Shown here: positions 50,891 through 64,000 of the stretch, in pieces | Position numbering within the stretch: position 1 is the stretch's first letter | How the letters are laid out: every line of letters begins with the position of its first letter | Source: Azolla caroliniana | Lineage: Eukaryota > Plantae > Polypodiophyta | Reading direction: 5' to 3' | Assembly: GCA_043228905.1 (NCBI GenBank) | Contig: JBHGNT010000004.1 | Coordinates: 2,852,001 to 2,916,000 of the forward strand | Length of the DNA: 64,000 nt | Made by a program: the position numbers and the translations under genes | Notes under the pieces: generated by a model | The model's database searches: none | What the model saw: the letters and a program-made list of their open reading frames with translations, nothing else | Told to the model about the DNA's origin: nothing

Positions 50891-53800
50891 TGCTTCTCTC
50901 TCTCCAATCTCCATGTACCTTCTCTTTTTTTCTAGAGTCAATACGACATCTCCGTGACATCAATTCCCATCGCACAAATTTAAGATGTAGTTCCATCTCC
51001 ATTCTTGGCCCAGCATCCAATACCATTGTTGACTTAATGTTTGGTGGTTTCGTTTTATAGTATTCCTAGCACACATCCTAAGAAAAAAGTCGAAGAAAAA
51101 AATACGGGATTTCCCTTAACAAACTTTGAAGTTATTGTGCTTGTGTTATACTTGTATGATGATTTGTTTTTAGCAAATATTTTAAGAAATGCCTAAAAGC
51201 CTTTAAATGTAGTGGAAAACTTCTTTTGTGCATACAATAGAGCAACGATTGTCCACCTAGACCCGAAGCTGTTATTGATGTTGTGACCAAACTTCGCAAA
51301 AAAGTGGCTCGAGAGATTAACTATAGGAAGAAGGATCGAGCTTCTAGTTCTACTTGAAAAAAGTACTTTGGTATGAATCGTCGCCTCCATTTAGTACCCA
51401 GCATTCACACTGGCGAATACAACCAATAGCTAGATGATCGGGTTAGAGAGTCCTTGTTAGATGCTTTTTGGTCTCATTAGATTCAATAATAGTAAAAGGT
51501 CAGCTTTCAGAATAATCAATATTGAAAGCTAATGAGTTAATAGTTTTTTGGGGTATAGAAACAAAAGAGAGGTTTTAATTTATATGAGTAGTATCGAGAC
51601 AAAAATGTTTGACACCAAGACGATGCAAGGTCAATTATCCGCTTGGTTGACCAAACACGGATTCGCTCAAAAACAAAGGTTATGCTTGTGAAAACTTAAA
51701 AATACAAACAAACTATGCAGAGCCACTTGAAACGCTAGAAAGCTTTGAATGCTTGTGGATTGAGGTTCCCCTCCATGAATCAATTGAATGAATGTGGTAT
51801 TTGCCCTTTGGAAAGGGAAATTTATTGATGGCTTATTATGCATTTGTAAACATACTTAATGGAGATGAAATCAAATGCTGAGTTCTCAACAAATTCCTCT
51901 TTGACAATTGGCTAACCTAGGGATTCTCCATGGGGTTGAAGTATGGGAGTGGAAGCATCTTGAAGGCCACTTGAAAAGAGTTTGAAAATGCCTCAAAAAC
52001 AATTTCATATGAAGCTTTTTCAATTTGAGATACAAACCCCATACATGTTGATTATGTTCAAGCTTTCTTTCCACATATTGTGAACCTACATGATCCAATC
52101 TCTACATTTATTTCTCTCACATCAATGATCACAATGTGACTTCTTAATTGCAATATTAACATCAAGAGTCCATAAACTCTAGTGCACCTACTAAATTTAT
52201 ACGTTTCACTTTTTGGTCCCATATGTCATATGTCCACCTTGAAAGAGGATAATAACAAAATTTCTTTTTTGTTGTTGTATGTTTGTGTGTATTGAGACAC
52301 CTGCATTTCTATATCCCGTACAAGTGATATAGTCATCATTGTAACCACTTACAAAAATGAGCGTGTGTAGCATTGTTGCCATTTACTTTTTTCGTATCTT
52401 TTAATCACAAATAGGAAATCCTTCACAATTGACCATCATCCCTTCCCTCCTCTAATGAGTAGCCTAGGGAATGATGTTAGTAACTTTCTTCAATAGCATC
52501 ACCTTTATGGAATGAAACATGTGTCTTCATTATGAACGATTGCCTATAGGCTACATGTGTTTTCAAAGTTTGCATCGGTAATGAGACTCACCTTTCTCTT
52601 TGTTACAACGTTGCTATCGTTCACCTCGGTGCTCTTGTGTATTGTAGGGTAAATGAGGGTGCCAATGTTGTAAAGCCACTTATTCTGGAGCAAGCTATTA
52701 ATGTAAATGAACTCAAAGCAAAAATATGAAGACACTTTATAGTGAAGACAACAACACCACCCATAGCTCAATATTCAAAAACCCACAATCCTAATGTTAC
52801 ACTATAATTGTAGATCTTCAATAAGATACCCTAGTAAAGTGAAAACATATAGTGTAAAGACCTTTCACATTCTACTTTGACATGTAATGTCATGATTGTA
52901 AATTGCATTTATGCTCAATACCCAAACGTGACCCCCTTGCTATTCATACTTAGGAGCTATATATAGTTTCATCAAATGTTTGTCTCTTGCCCAACTATTG
53001 TTACTACACAATAGGAACTATGCAATTTTCTATATAATCAATTCTCAAAGCAATAATCTTTGGCACATTCGATTCATGATGGGATTGTTCGCTCATCCAC
53101 AAACATTAACCTTATTGAGATAATTGTAAAAAACAATTAAAACATTATTGCAATCGGCGAATCAATGACAACCAATATTAACTATGGATGACATGTGTAA
53201 CATTAATCTCTTTTTTTTGCCTAGTTACAAATTACACTAATTATGATTGTCACATATATTTTCCTATGCGTGTACGTGTGTGTTGTTCAAGTGCATGAGT
53301 AGGATGATATTAAATTAGTCTTACGGATTTTATTCTTTTCCATCTAGAAAATGGCAAATAACCATTGATTGAATAGGACTCCTCATCTTTATCTTCTAAA
53401 AGTAGATACCTTGTAAAATATCGAGTCATGCCATGCTCTAGCTTATTAATTCATAAATACCCATACAATGGGAAGTGGCTCACATTTATTTCTATAGTAT
53501 ATACCATGTCTTCATGTAATTAAATGTGTATACAAGTAACGGAAGGGGTGAACCATCATTCATGTCAAGGAATACAAGGAGAAAGGGTGAAAAAAGCCAT
53601 CCCATACCTAGGTTGTTTTCTTTTTGTTGTGTGGAAGTTGGATGAGGGAGAAAAGACAATGCGAAACAACCATGTTTCTTCCCCCAAAGGCATTTCTTTT
53701 CTTGAAACAGGAAAGCATTATATGACACAAATTCGACATTACCATGTGCATGGAGTGTCAATACATTGTTCCAACATGGGTCACACATGTGATCAAACCC

Positions 53801-56303
53801 AAACAATTCCACCAATTTTAATGAGTTGTGTTTAGGTTCTCTTAAACCATCTACTTTCTCGGCCCCATTTAAATGCTTGTGAGTGAAAATTTGTGACATG
53901 GCGAGGGCCCTCACCGATCCACACGGCAAGCCACAATGGCGAGGTCTCGGACAAAGAAGGCAAAGGTTATATATCCTTAAAATCTCCACCATGCCACTCC
54001 ATTGTATATGCATGAGCTTTTGCGAGATCAAAGACGTTTACAACACAAACGTGAAAGAAATACAACGAAATTAGCATTCAAAGGCGAAATTAGAATTCGA
54101 AGGAACGGTTTTGGTTTTGCCATTGAATCGGAAGTTGTGACATGCAACATCAAGACTAGAAGGAGCAATCCCTATGCCATGGTGCGCTCGATTCACCCAA
54201 GGGTTACAATTGAGTATGAATGGAAAGGGTGAACAATTACTGATCTCCACTATGTTAGCATTTTGTTTCCTTTGTTTTTTGAGAGGGTGAAGAGGAACGG
54301 AAGATCATTCTTGTTATAGAGTGCATTAAGAAAGGATCCCCATGCTCCATGCTGGTTTGGAAAGAAGGATTTTCCAATGCCTGGCTGGCTATGGAGAAGA
54401 AGTGGTTGTGAAGATCCTCTGCAAGCTTGTGAAGGTATCTTACTTGGGAAGGAAACCTTCCTCACCAGCCCCGAAGACCTGGGTACCAGTCAAAATTTAG
54501 CCCATATCCCTCAGCTCCGTGTTTTGTTTTTCTTCTTTTGATCTGTTTTCTGGATACATCATTACTATGTCACTTTTTGCAATCTTTTAAAATTCTTTGG
54601 ATTCATCATAGCTAGATTTATGTGCATTCACGGTGAGATGAATGCTTGTAGATTACTGGCCAGCATTGGGTACTCCTCTTTAATTCATAATTAGATCAAA
54701 TGCGCACTCTTGCATTCATCACAAAATCGATGTTTGAGGATTTTGATAATAACTATAGAATGCGTAATGACTAAATTGTTTGTATAATATTTTGCATTAG
54801 ACAATTAACTTGGTAAGGCATTCCAAACAAGTGGAGGAATTGAAGCTCCCTGATGGTTGATTTATGTTACAGAGGATGTTTTGGAAGTAGTTAAAAGGAA
54901 CACTGACGTTTTGGCAGGCTTCATTGTCTAAGATAGAGATTGGCATAAATGTTTGATGGGTACATGACTGACCACTTTAATTACTAAATGAATTCTGATC
55001 TATTCGGCTTGTTGGATATTATGTGAGGAATAATGGCATTGTTTTCTTTAAAATACCATGATGGTGTTATAACAAATGCATTCCAATCCTCTATAATCAT
55101 AGTTCTTTTTAATTTTGATGTGAAACTTTCTATCATCAGTTATGTATGAATTCGTTTGCAGGATCATATTTGTGAGCTTAAGAATAATAAGATTCAATTC
55201 AGTTTGTAAATAGACTGAAATAGCTCAAAACCTGTGATACAAATCCATGATAAGATAGCATGGAAATGTAATGTAAGGTTTGGTTCATGTGTGGCGTCAC
55301 TGCAATATGGAATGTAATGTAAGATATGGCACTTGCTAGGACTGAGATTATTTGTGAAAGAATAAAGTAGAAGAATGAATACATGCCCAGTATTGTTACA
55401 TACCCAACACCTTGGTACCTACAACCTATGGGCCAGTCTCTTTGGTTCGTTGAAGATTATACAATCTTGATATAAAGCAAGAGATTATATGCTAACTACA
55501 AGTTTTTAACAATTGTTTCTTAGATGAGAGAACATCCTAATATTTCACATGTATAGAGAGTAATATATGTCTTTACAACAAGGTAATGTATAGAAGTTAT
55601 ATACAATTTCCATTTGCAATTTATATTTCCTGTTCATCTAGCCTTGAATGACAGTTTGAAAAGCAATTGAATCAACTTCTTTTATCCATTTTTCAAATCC
55701 CAAAAATCCCTCTTGTACTTTTTTCTATATTCTTAAAATCCAGTTTATACACCCAAATCCCTCTTATACTTTTTCTAGAATCCACAGTACAAGGCCCATG
55801 GTTCCTAACTTCTTGAATGAAGAGTTTTAAGAAGATAACGGATTGCAAACATCTCCCAATGTATGGTGCTCTTCAAGTATTTCGAAGTTAGCACCTTGAG
55901 AACGTCTAAAGGATGGACACCTCCTAGTGTATGTGATCCAAACACATGCCCTACATCAATGATAAACCAGGACACATGCATAATCAAGTTTGATTGTAAT
56001 TAAGATGTATTTTCTCTGGGTACACTCACATCCAAGGAATATCCAATTAAGCAGCCATGGGACCAAAACCTTACATAAAGCATGCGTGTACAAATGGACG
56101 GCAGCACACACTGGTGCCCCCATGTGATCATAAGTGTTGGTGATCATAAAATGTATCTTCCTTTGCTTACACAAAAACGTGCACCTCATACTTTATGAAC
56201 TGAGCATGTCCCAACATGAGAGAACATCATATCTTACATTATTCAAATGACACAATTATACCTCGTAGTTTATCAATTCAGTGAGCTCCAACATGAGAGA
56301 ACA

Positions 56304-59300
56304 TCATATCTTATGTGGTTCAAATGACCCCATTGGCAGCGCACACTTGTTGAGGGAAAAAACTGTGAACCTTTCATCTCTGGGGTTCTTTTTCACTTCA
56401 AGAAGCATGGAGACTACATCACGCATTGAAGGCCTATCCACAGGTGAGGTAGTGGTGCAAAACAAAGCAATCTTGAATACTAGCTCCATCTCTTCCATTA
56501 AAAGAGATGTCTTTTCGGAGCTTAGGCCAGAGTCAAATATATCTTTGGGTTCAGTTCCGGCACGTATGGATTGTCTTACCCAAGTTACCAAATCCCCACC
56601 CTCATCCAAGTGTCGCACCGGCTTTTTTCTTGTCAAGAGTTCAAGTAACACCACCCCAAAGCTATAGACATCACATTTCTCTGTAACTTTCATCGTGTAT
56701 GCATATTCTGCCATTTGTCAGAATAGTTAATGATTATAAATAATATGGAAGGGGTTTAGGGACGTCATAGAAACTTTTGTTCATGTTCGTTCATACATAT
56801 TACATGATGGATGCTACAACAAAACAAGAAAATTGCAGCTTAGATTCATGCATGTATGTTGGACAGCTAAAAAAGTATTAGAGCAACAGTAAGATATGAT
56901 TCAGCGGAACAAAACAATGAGATATTAGTGATCATTACGTACCTGGAGCAATGTAGCCATAAGACCCAGCCACAGCAGACCAGGACTTCGAGCAATTGGA
57001 GAGGTTAATTAGCTTTGCTAGCCCAAAGTCGCCCACATGAGCTTCATAATTATCATCAAGTAAAATATTGGTGGATTTTATGTCCCTGTGCACAATTCCA
57101 GGTTTGCAATCATGATGCAAATAGGAAAGACCCTCAGCAGCACCAAGAGCTATCTGGTACCTTATTTCCCAGCCTAATAAAGTATCTGAGAAATGTCCAT
57201 GTAAAAGATCCCCAAGGCTCCCTTTTGGCATGTATTCATACAAGAGCAGATTTCCCTCTGGATGAACATAGTAGCCATACAGTTTGACAATGTTACGGTG
57301 CTGAATCTTTCCTAATGTCAAAATCTCCGTATAAAAGCTGTTCCCTAAGGTGCAGCTATTCTTGTCCTTCGACAACTTTTTTATGGCAACAAGATTATCA
57401 GCAAATTTTGCCTTGTAGACCGTACCACAAGAACCAGAACCCAGCACAAACTCATCTGAAAAATTGTGGGTTGCAGTTAGAATATCTTGAAATCTAAAGC
57501 CCAAAGCAGAAGAAAAGAAATTTCCAGAAGCAATAGTACTGTTTTGTACTTTTTCTTCCCCAGATGGAGCATGTTTTAAATTTGATGATGCTTTTCTGTA
57601 TAGAAACCAAGCCCCAGCTGCAACTAGGACTATCATGATACATAAAACAGCTGCAACTATTCCGACAACTTGATAAATGCATATATTGCCTCTCTTTTGT
57701 GTGATCATGCTCTCATATGAAATAAAGCAATGGTTATGTTTGCATGTATCCGAAAGTGGTACACCACAAAGACCTCTGTTACCTATAAAGTTTGAAGGTG
57801 CCATTTTCTTGAAGACCAATGCATCAGGTATGGGCCCCATCAAATGATTATATGAGATGTTGAAGACAATAAGGCTAGTAAGACTTGTGAATGTTTGAGG
57901 GATACACCCTGACAGTTCATTACCCTCTAAATGCAAGTTTTCCAACTTTGTAAGATATCCAAACTCAGCTGGTATGCTGCCAGTAAGCTTATTATGACTA
58001 AGATTTAATGATATTTGTAGATAAATGTCCTTGGATAGCTCCAAAGGAATTTCACCAAAAAGCTTGTTTCCACCCAATTGAAGCTCTTTTAAGCAAGAAA
58101 GGTTTCCAATAGTACTGGGGATAAAACCTACCAGTTGGTTGTCTGAAAGGACAAGCATTTCCAGCTTAGATAGTGATCCCAACTCCAGCGGTATCGACCC
58201 AGTGAGGACATTATGGCTCAAATCTAAGTGCAAAAGTTGCGAGCATTTTGCTAAATCTGGATGAATGCTACCACTGATAAAGTTGAAAGATAGATTCAAG
58301 ACTACCAGACCTTCTAGTTTACCAATACCTCTAGGTATCATCCCTGTGAAGAGATTTTTGGAAAGGTCTAACACCTGGAGGTTAATACAATTCTCTAAAT
58401 TGGTCGGGATGCTCCCAGAAAACATGTTATGAGAGACATCGAGCTGGTTAAGATTTAGTAGCATACCTAGTTGCAATGGGATTTTTCCAGATAATTGATT
58501 TCCATTCAAGTACAAGCTCAGCAATGAATGACATTGACTAACACCAAGCGGAATTTCACCTGTGAGCTGATTGTTTGAGGCTAGTAGGTAAAGGAGCTGC
58601 CCATACTTACAAATATCTTGTGGGATAATTCCAGTTAAACAGTTGAAAGAAATGTCAAGCACCGTCAAATTACTATAGCTCCCAATTAGAGGTGGTATGA
58701 TTCCCGTCAGATGATTCTCAGAGACTTGTAACGAAGTAAGATTTTTTAAGTGCTGTAGTCCTATCGGTATTGTACCAGTAAGCCCATTGATTGAAAAGTC
58801 AAGTTTTCGGAGGCTTGATAGCTCAATAAGACCAAGTGGAATCTGTCCAGACAGATTATTCTGATGTAAGTAAAGTACCTCTAAACTAGGCAAGAAAGTA
58901 ATGGCCTCTGTAATACTACCTTGAAGATGATTCTCTGATAAATCCAGTTCTTTGATTGATGTGCAATTTCCAATCTCTTCTATTATACTGCCAACAAGAG
59001 CATTTCTATACAAGAATAGGCGTGTTACTGAGGTAAGCTTCCCAAATTCTCGTGGAATTGGACCGGTTAGTTGGTTATCAGATAAAGAGAGCATGAGCAA
59101 GTTGGAGAGATTGCCAAGCTCGGGTGGAATAATTCCTATCATGTTATTCAGCCTAAGGGTCAATATAGTGAGATTATGCATCCCTCCAAATACTGCAGGG
59201 ATCTCCCCTTCAATCTTATTCTCAGCAAGGCCCAATACATTCAAACCCAAACATTTGCTTAGTTCAGGTGGAACTGAACCCGATAGCAAGTTGCCACCAG

Positions 59301-59979
59301 CACGAAGAACAGAGAGCCTCGAAAGATTCCCAAGAGATGAAGGGATCGAACCCGTGATTTTATTGCTATAGAGTATCAGTTGCTCAAGGGAGTTAAGATT
59401 TCCTAGTTCAGTTGGCATGCTGCAACCAAACAAATTCTCACTCAAGAGAAGCTCCCTCAAATGAACGAGATTTCCCAGACTGCTTGAGATACATCCAGTC
59501 AACCCATTGTTAGTTAGGTCAAGCACTTGAAGACGGGATAAGTTCGCAACACTTGATGGAAGGGTGCCTGACAAGTCATTCTTTCCAAGGCTGATAACTT
59601 CAAGAGAAGAACAAAGGCTAAGCTCTTGCGGAATAGGACCATAAAATTTGTTGTCTGTGAGATTAATCGACCTTAACTCTGATAACATGCAAAGAGCTCC
59701 TGAAACATACCCAGTAAGGTTCATTCCTGTAAGATCAAGAGCAATAACTCTGCCATTAATGCAGCTGATGCCCCTCCATTTGCATGGTGATGTATCTGAT
59801 GCATTCCAGCTCTCGAGATGATTCATTTGGTCTTGCAAAACACTCCGGAATCTTATTAAATGTGTGACATCCGAAGACAACACTAAATTAATGGGAACTG
59901 AATGAATAAGAAATATGAGCAATATAGCTCCCCATGTTAAGGAGCTTGTCAATGCATTACTGTATTGTACTAGAGTCAT
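56304..59979 (-). CDS. Leucine-rich repeat receptor-like kinase (subfamily XI-like), 2 coding exons (59979-56943, 56707-56304)
   Basis: Signal peptide, LRRNT (SWN..PCKWRGISC), more than 20 plant LRRs, GNRGLCG, a TM helix and a kinase with HRDIKSTN and DFGLAK; single intron at GYIAP|EYAYTMKVTEKCDVYSFGV. Confidence 0.95.
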
Positions 59980-61344
59980 ATTTTCCTCCAAAGAGAAGGT
60001 TTTCAGAATACATCACATGTGATATGTCAATAGGAATTTCATTAAAAGTATGCTATCCATCAGAAACAAAGCTAAAAACTCACAGAAACTGAATGAATGA
60101 CAAGTGTGACAATGGAGCCTTGTATTAAGAATTTATCTATGTTTTGTGTCTGACTAGAGTCACTGCTTTCCCAGAACAAAAGATTTTCTAAAAACACATC
60201 AAACGTCAATATTGCCATTTTTCCCAACTTGCCATTTTCCTCCCTCTCTGGAAATTGTATTTCTATGGTATATAACATGATCTAGGACGATGATCTTATA
60301 AGAAATTGAATGCTAAAAATAAAGTAGCATCGTAAAACTACAGGCTAAAATTGGCCCATTGTTCAGTGTGTGTTAAAAGGTGATATGACAAAGAGAATTT
60401 GCATGGCTTGAATCAAATATACGATCACATGGGGGTTGGAATAATAGTGATAGGGATTCTCAAGAAACCAATACAGTAAAAGGTGAGTAATGTGGTTAAT
60501 AAATAATGAGATGCCTATGACTTGGTAGGGGCATTTTAAGGATTAAGCGAATACAATTTTACACAACGCAAAATTTAATCAAGAGAAGGGGCTCAACGTT
60601 CATAATCCATAGTTTATTCCTTTCATTGCTGGTTGAGATAAGGGCTGTTGATATGGAATCATAATAATTTAAAAGGAGAACATACAAAACCATGCTTCTG
60701 ATTCTGTCATTCTAAATAAGTATAATTGGTCTTTCTAAAAATTACAGCAACATGCTTGGCCAAAAGGTGATCTCTCTCTATCTATCTATCTAGTGAATAA
60801 ATCATTTGGAAACATGTCTCTCAAAATAAGCAAAGTATTACTTGAGTGAATAAAAAAATTCCAGGATTAAGTGAAAGCGAATGTTAAAGAGAATGAGAGA
60901 GAGAGAGAGAGAGAGAGTCATCTAATCTCTTTTCTGACCAAGAATACACATATATAATTTTGAGAAAGATCAAGCATACTTTGTTCATAATTTGAAAATC
61001 AGACGGGTGTGCTTTTATAATTATTTCCCCTGTTTTAAAGTGAGAAACTGAGACCATAAACCAGAAAGAATTCAATACCCTGATAGGAACCACACCAGGA
61101 ACTAGGCAGATGGCTCAGTACAATAAAATGCTCATATAAATTCCAAGGGCTTTAATAATGAAAAAAGCACATTCTTTTGTTCTCTCTCACTCTAGATATT
61201 CAGCACCCTACATCATACATTATATTCTATTCGGAACCATAAAAAGATCAAACAAAAAAAGGAAAAGCAAAACACAAGCAGACGCTTCATGAAAAAATCA
61301 TTCAGAATGGTCTGCTGAAGCGAAAAGACAGAAGATAAAGGAGA

Positions 61345-61348
<4 letters not shown>

Positions 61349-61385
<37 letters not shown>

Positions 61386-61670
61386 CGACTTACCTCAATG
61401 GCGATTAACAGACAGTGATGCCGCACCTTTCCCAGAAGCAGGAATAACATCAGTTTATGTATATATATACGTATATGTATGCATGTATACGTATGTATAT
61501 ATACATATACATATATACGTATACAATCATGTATGTATGTATGTATGTATGTATGTATGTATGTATGTATGTATGTATGTATACGTATATATATACATAT
61601 ACATAATACATGTATACATACACACACATACATATATATGTATGTATATCGTATATGGCATATGTATATA
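61349..61670. repeat. (GA)n and (TATG)n/(TA)n microsatellites, probably in the 5' leader of the LRR-RLK
   Basis: Visible tracts at 61349-61383 and 61456-61670; a minus-strand donor-like AG|GTAAGT at ~61394 suggests a 5'UTR intron. Confidence 0.7.
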
Positions 61671-64000
61671 ACAAACTAACTATTGCCCAAAGAGAAGGTA
61701 GCAAGCATTTGGCCTCCTTTTCATGGGCACCACTACTAACTCCTTCTCGACTGACTCAGGCCATTTATGCCATCGTGGTTCAATCGCTATTATTTCACGT
61801 TTTTGTGTTTCCTGTGTGTGTGCATGTGCGCACACATGTATGGTCTCCTTATTGGTACACACACAGTTGAGGATATTGCGCCATGTGTTTTTTTTGTGTC
61901 CTTTATCGTGTGATGTTATGTTGTGGCTAACATATCCATGTGTTCGTGTTCTATGTACTAATTGTTTCCAATGAAACAATGCACTTGAGGATCTTTTGTG
62001 GTCTATGAATTAACAGGCTCTCTCTTCAATGCAATCGAGGAATTTGCGTGCGTGTGTGTGTGTGTGTGCGTGTGTGTGTGTGTGTGTGTGATTTCATATA
62101 CGAACATGTCCATGCCTTGGACACAATTAGTCAAAGAGGGGTGAGAAAGAAGAGGTGAGATCGATTAATGATAAAAACACGGCATAATAGAGGAGAGAAG
62201 AGAAAGGCACCTAGGCATTCTGCTCCTAAAAATGGGTCTACAACACCTATGTTCCACAATACAAAGACTACAAATCATTGAAGTGCCCTATATTAAATTA
62301 ACTCTTATGTTATTGAAGTAATTTTTATTATGGAAATTTCCATTGATATCAGAGTGATATTGGATCTAGTTAGTTTCCTACTCGACCCCTTGTCGTTATA
62401 CCGAAAATACTCTCTCCCACTTTCCTACCAAAGCTTCGTGAGAAATTTCAACAATAATATTAGAATCGCCGATTCATGCATCTATCAATTGTAACTACAT
62501 AGTGCAAGAACATATATATTCACTTTGAAATTGTCAAATATGTGAGACACACCAACAATCGGAGAATACAAACTTTGAACGTTATCTTCTTACACAACCA
62601 CCACATACATGCACATATGTACTAGTGAGAATGCAGGCATATAAGCACATCAACTCTGTGTGTGTGTGTGTGTGTGTGTGTCGTAATACCCTAATACATA
62701 TCCAAATGTTTACATGTAATATGTATTGATGCCTAATGGTGTTATGCCTATTGGAGGGTAGGAAGTGTGTCCCTCTTTCTCACATTCTTCTACAATTGTC
62801 CCTCGTATTTGGATTAATATCATAACAATGTTCATGCAAAGGTACAATCAATGTTGAACTAGGAAGAAGAACATTACAAGGAATAATATCATATCGTTCA
62901 ACTTCATACATCCCCACATCCCATCCCATCACATCATTCCGAAATCCACTTCCTCACAAACACTAAAGGTCTAGGAATCGCCATGATCACAAGGCTCTAC
63001 GACACATCTTATGACAAGACACCATATCTTCTTTTATGCAATGCCGATGATGATTGTTGTCATCCTTCAAAAGGAGGGGGGGGTTACAAGAGAAAGTGTG
63101 GTGGTCCACCATTTTACATGTGGAAGTATGGTTGTGAAACTTGTATGAGATGATCCCGAATGTAGGATCGATGGAATAAATTTCTCCTTTACATTTTTTC
63201 GAAAGTGCTCGAGACCTTCCGACAACACACATTTTACGAGTGCCATTCGTGCCCAAGGATCAATGATCGGTCGAGATTTAACGATTCAATTCGATTGTAT
63301 CATGTTTTGATTCGATTCGATTCGATTGTATGGTGTTTGAGTTGTGGAGTCCTACATGTATATATCTCTATGTGGCTTTTGCCCACATCCTAATACAGTT
63401 TCTAACCAAAGTTTGATCTGTCCAAAAACAACTCATTGATTGATATAGTATCCAATATATTTATATGCTTCTACAAAGAATCAAAGAATATATATCTATA
63501 TATGATCGATTGTTTGAGAGACGATCAGGTAATCAAATTAGAATCCCTCGTGAGTTTTGATTATGGATGTGAATAAGGTAAGTGTAAAAAAAAACTATAG
63601 ATAAAAACCAGATCAAATGGGATCGGAACACAGGGATCACAAACATTAGCATTAGGTACATATACAAGGAAGGAATTGATCGAGCGTCTATGGAAGTAAA
63701 TATGCATTCATTATAAGGTTAGGATGTCTCGGGTTCGATAGATAATTAGGTTTAATTTGGCCCTTTCAATTAGATCGATTGTTCTTCTGATGTAGAGATA
63801 CATAGAAATGAGGGAAGTTTTAGATCACTGGATCGAAATCTCTTTACTGAATCAGTCATATGTTGAGTCTAAGTTCGGAATCGCTTGACTAATCAGTCAT
63901 ATGTTGAGTTTAATAAGTATTAGACGATGATAATTTATGTTGTACAATGATGATGATGGATTCCAAAAGGCTAATTCAATTAGGTTATATAGTCTACAAT

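Noticed and set aside
61298-61704. ORFs rich in YIHT/MYVC repeats (also ~5900-6120, 16200-17200)
   Set aside because: Translations of (TACA)n/(TA)n microsatellites.
63845-63910. Short local duplications (AATCAGTCATATGTTGAGT x2; also 22610-22730, 30937-31215, 56211-56312)
   Set aside because: Ordinary slippage or duplication events with no further structure.

Overview
Eukaryotic land-plant genomic DNA with spliceosomal introns and many (CT)n/(CA)n/(TACA)n microsatellites; a non-seed plant such as a fern is my inference only. Host genes: 3' part of an L-arabinokinase (+), a JASON-like gene (+), a Dof transcription factor (+), PIFI (-), an intronless tRNA m7G46 methyltransferase TRM8 (+) with an inverted pseudogene copy, and an LRR receptor kinase (-). 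A decayed LINE lies at about 10.9-13.9 kb. The most striking region is a 17.6-kb transposon block (30502-48152) between the divergent PIFI and TRM8 genes. It consists of two related Mutator-like (MULE/SWIM) elements inserted in tandem, in the same orientation, into a (TACA)n microsatellite. They have hairpin-containing inverted repeats, asymmetric outermost ends, internal tandem arrays and a zinc-finger/Ulp1-protease accessory gene. Nested in the transposase of the second element is a 5.0-kb element (38483-43502; 29-bp TIRs, 4-bp CAAA TSD). It encodes a Sola-like DDD transposase and, on the opposite strand, an intron-containing, bacterial-type beta-class amino-DNA methyltransferase (N6-mA/N4-mC type), which is frameshifted in this copy. 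This methyltransferase-carrying DNA transposon is the best candidate for an undescribed system.
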